From Epsilonproteobacteria bacterium (ex Lamellibrachia satsuma) (lineage in GTDB: Bacteria; Campylobacterota; Campylobacteria; Campylobacterales; Sulfurovaceae), in assembly GCA_003934925.1 (NCBI GenBank), contig JQIX01000063.1:2030-66029 (forward strand): DNA of 64,000 nucleotides. The letters are read 5' to 3'. The position numbers and the translations under genes are program-made. The notes beneath the pieces were generated by a model. It was not told the origin of the DNA. It saw only the letters and a program-made list of their open reading frames with translations, and did not search any database. Shown here one piece after another: positions 63,852 to 64,000 of the stretch; position 1 is the first letter of the stretch, and the number at the start of each line of letters is the position of its first letter.

Positions 63852-64000
63852 CTATGCTTTTTGTTCATTAATATAAGCAACTAGTGTATTTGGTGTTTCA
63901 AATATATTTTTATTTTCATCCATGTTTGTAACTTTGACACCAAATTCCTTTTCTAAAATAAGTGTTATTTCAATAGCATCCACACTATCAAGTCCCAATC
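63852..64000 (-). CDS. Acyl carrier protein (5' end outside the window)
   Basis: Translates LGLDSVDAIEITLILEKEFGVKV...FETPNTLVAYINEQKA*, with the DS phosphopantetheine site. Confidence 0.88.
   Translation of the reverse strand, partial: LGLDSVDAIEITLILEKEFGVKVTNMDENKNIFETPNTLVAYINEQKA

Overview
Chromosomal window from a Campylobacterota (epsilonproteobacterial) genome, most like Sulfurovum; this is inferred from protein sequences and gene order. It is mostly core genes: hemE, asd, gyrA, yebC, ppk2, rmuC, lolA, secA, mltG, hemH, kdsB, era, hslUV, rplI, prlC and argG. It also holds a nitrogen-assimilation region (kinase/phosphatase, narK, nirA, nitrate reductase, a degenerate NtrC/NtrB-like pair, two amt-PII pairs), a cts/MSHA-like type IV pilus locus, and a trehalose locus next to two tRNA-Asn genes. 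Most notable signals: (1) a four-helix-bundle gene bracketed by inverted heptamer arrays, with an 'empty' version and further copies of the same heptamer family sitting just after stop codons; (2) a 7-3-7 palindrome TGATTAA-N3-TTAATCA upstream of four nitrogen genes, near an NtrC-like protein lacking a receiver domain and GAFTGA, and a PAS pseudo-kinase; (3) otsA interrupted at a G7 tract; (4) a small mobile-DNA hotspot at 14.6-16.2 kb. No CRISPR array, rRNA, integrase or transposase was seen.
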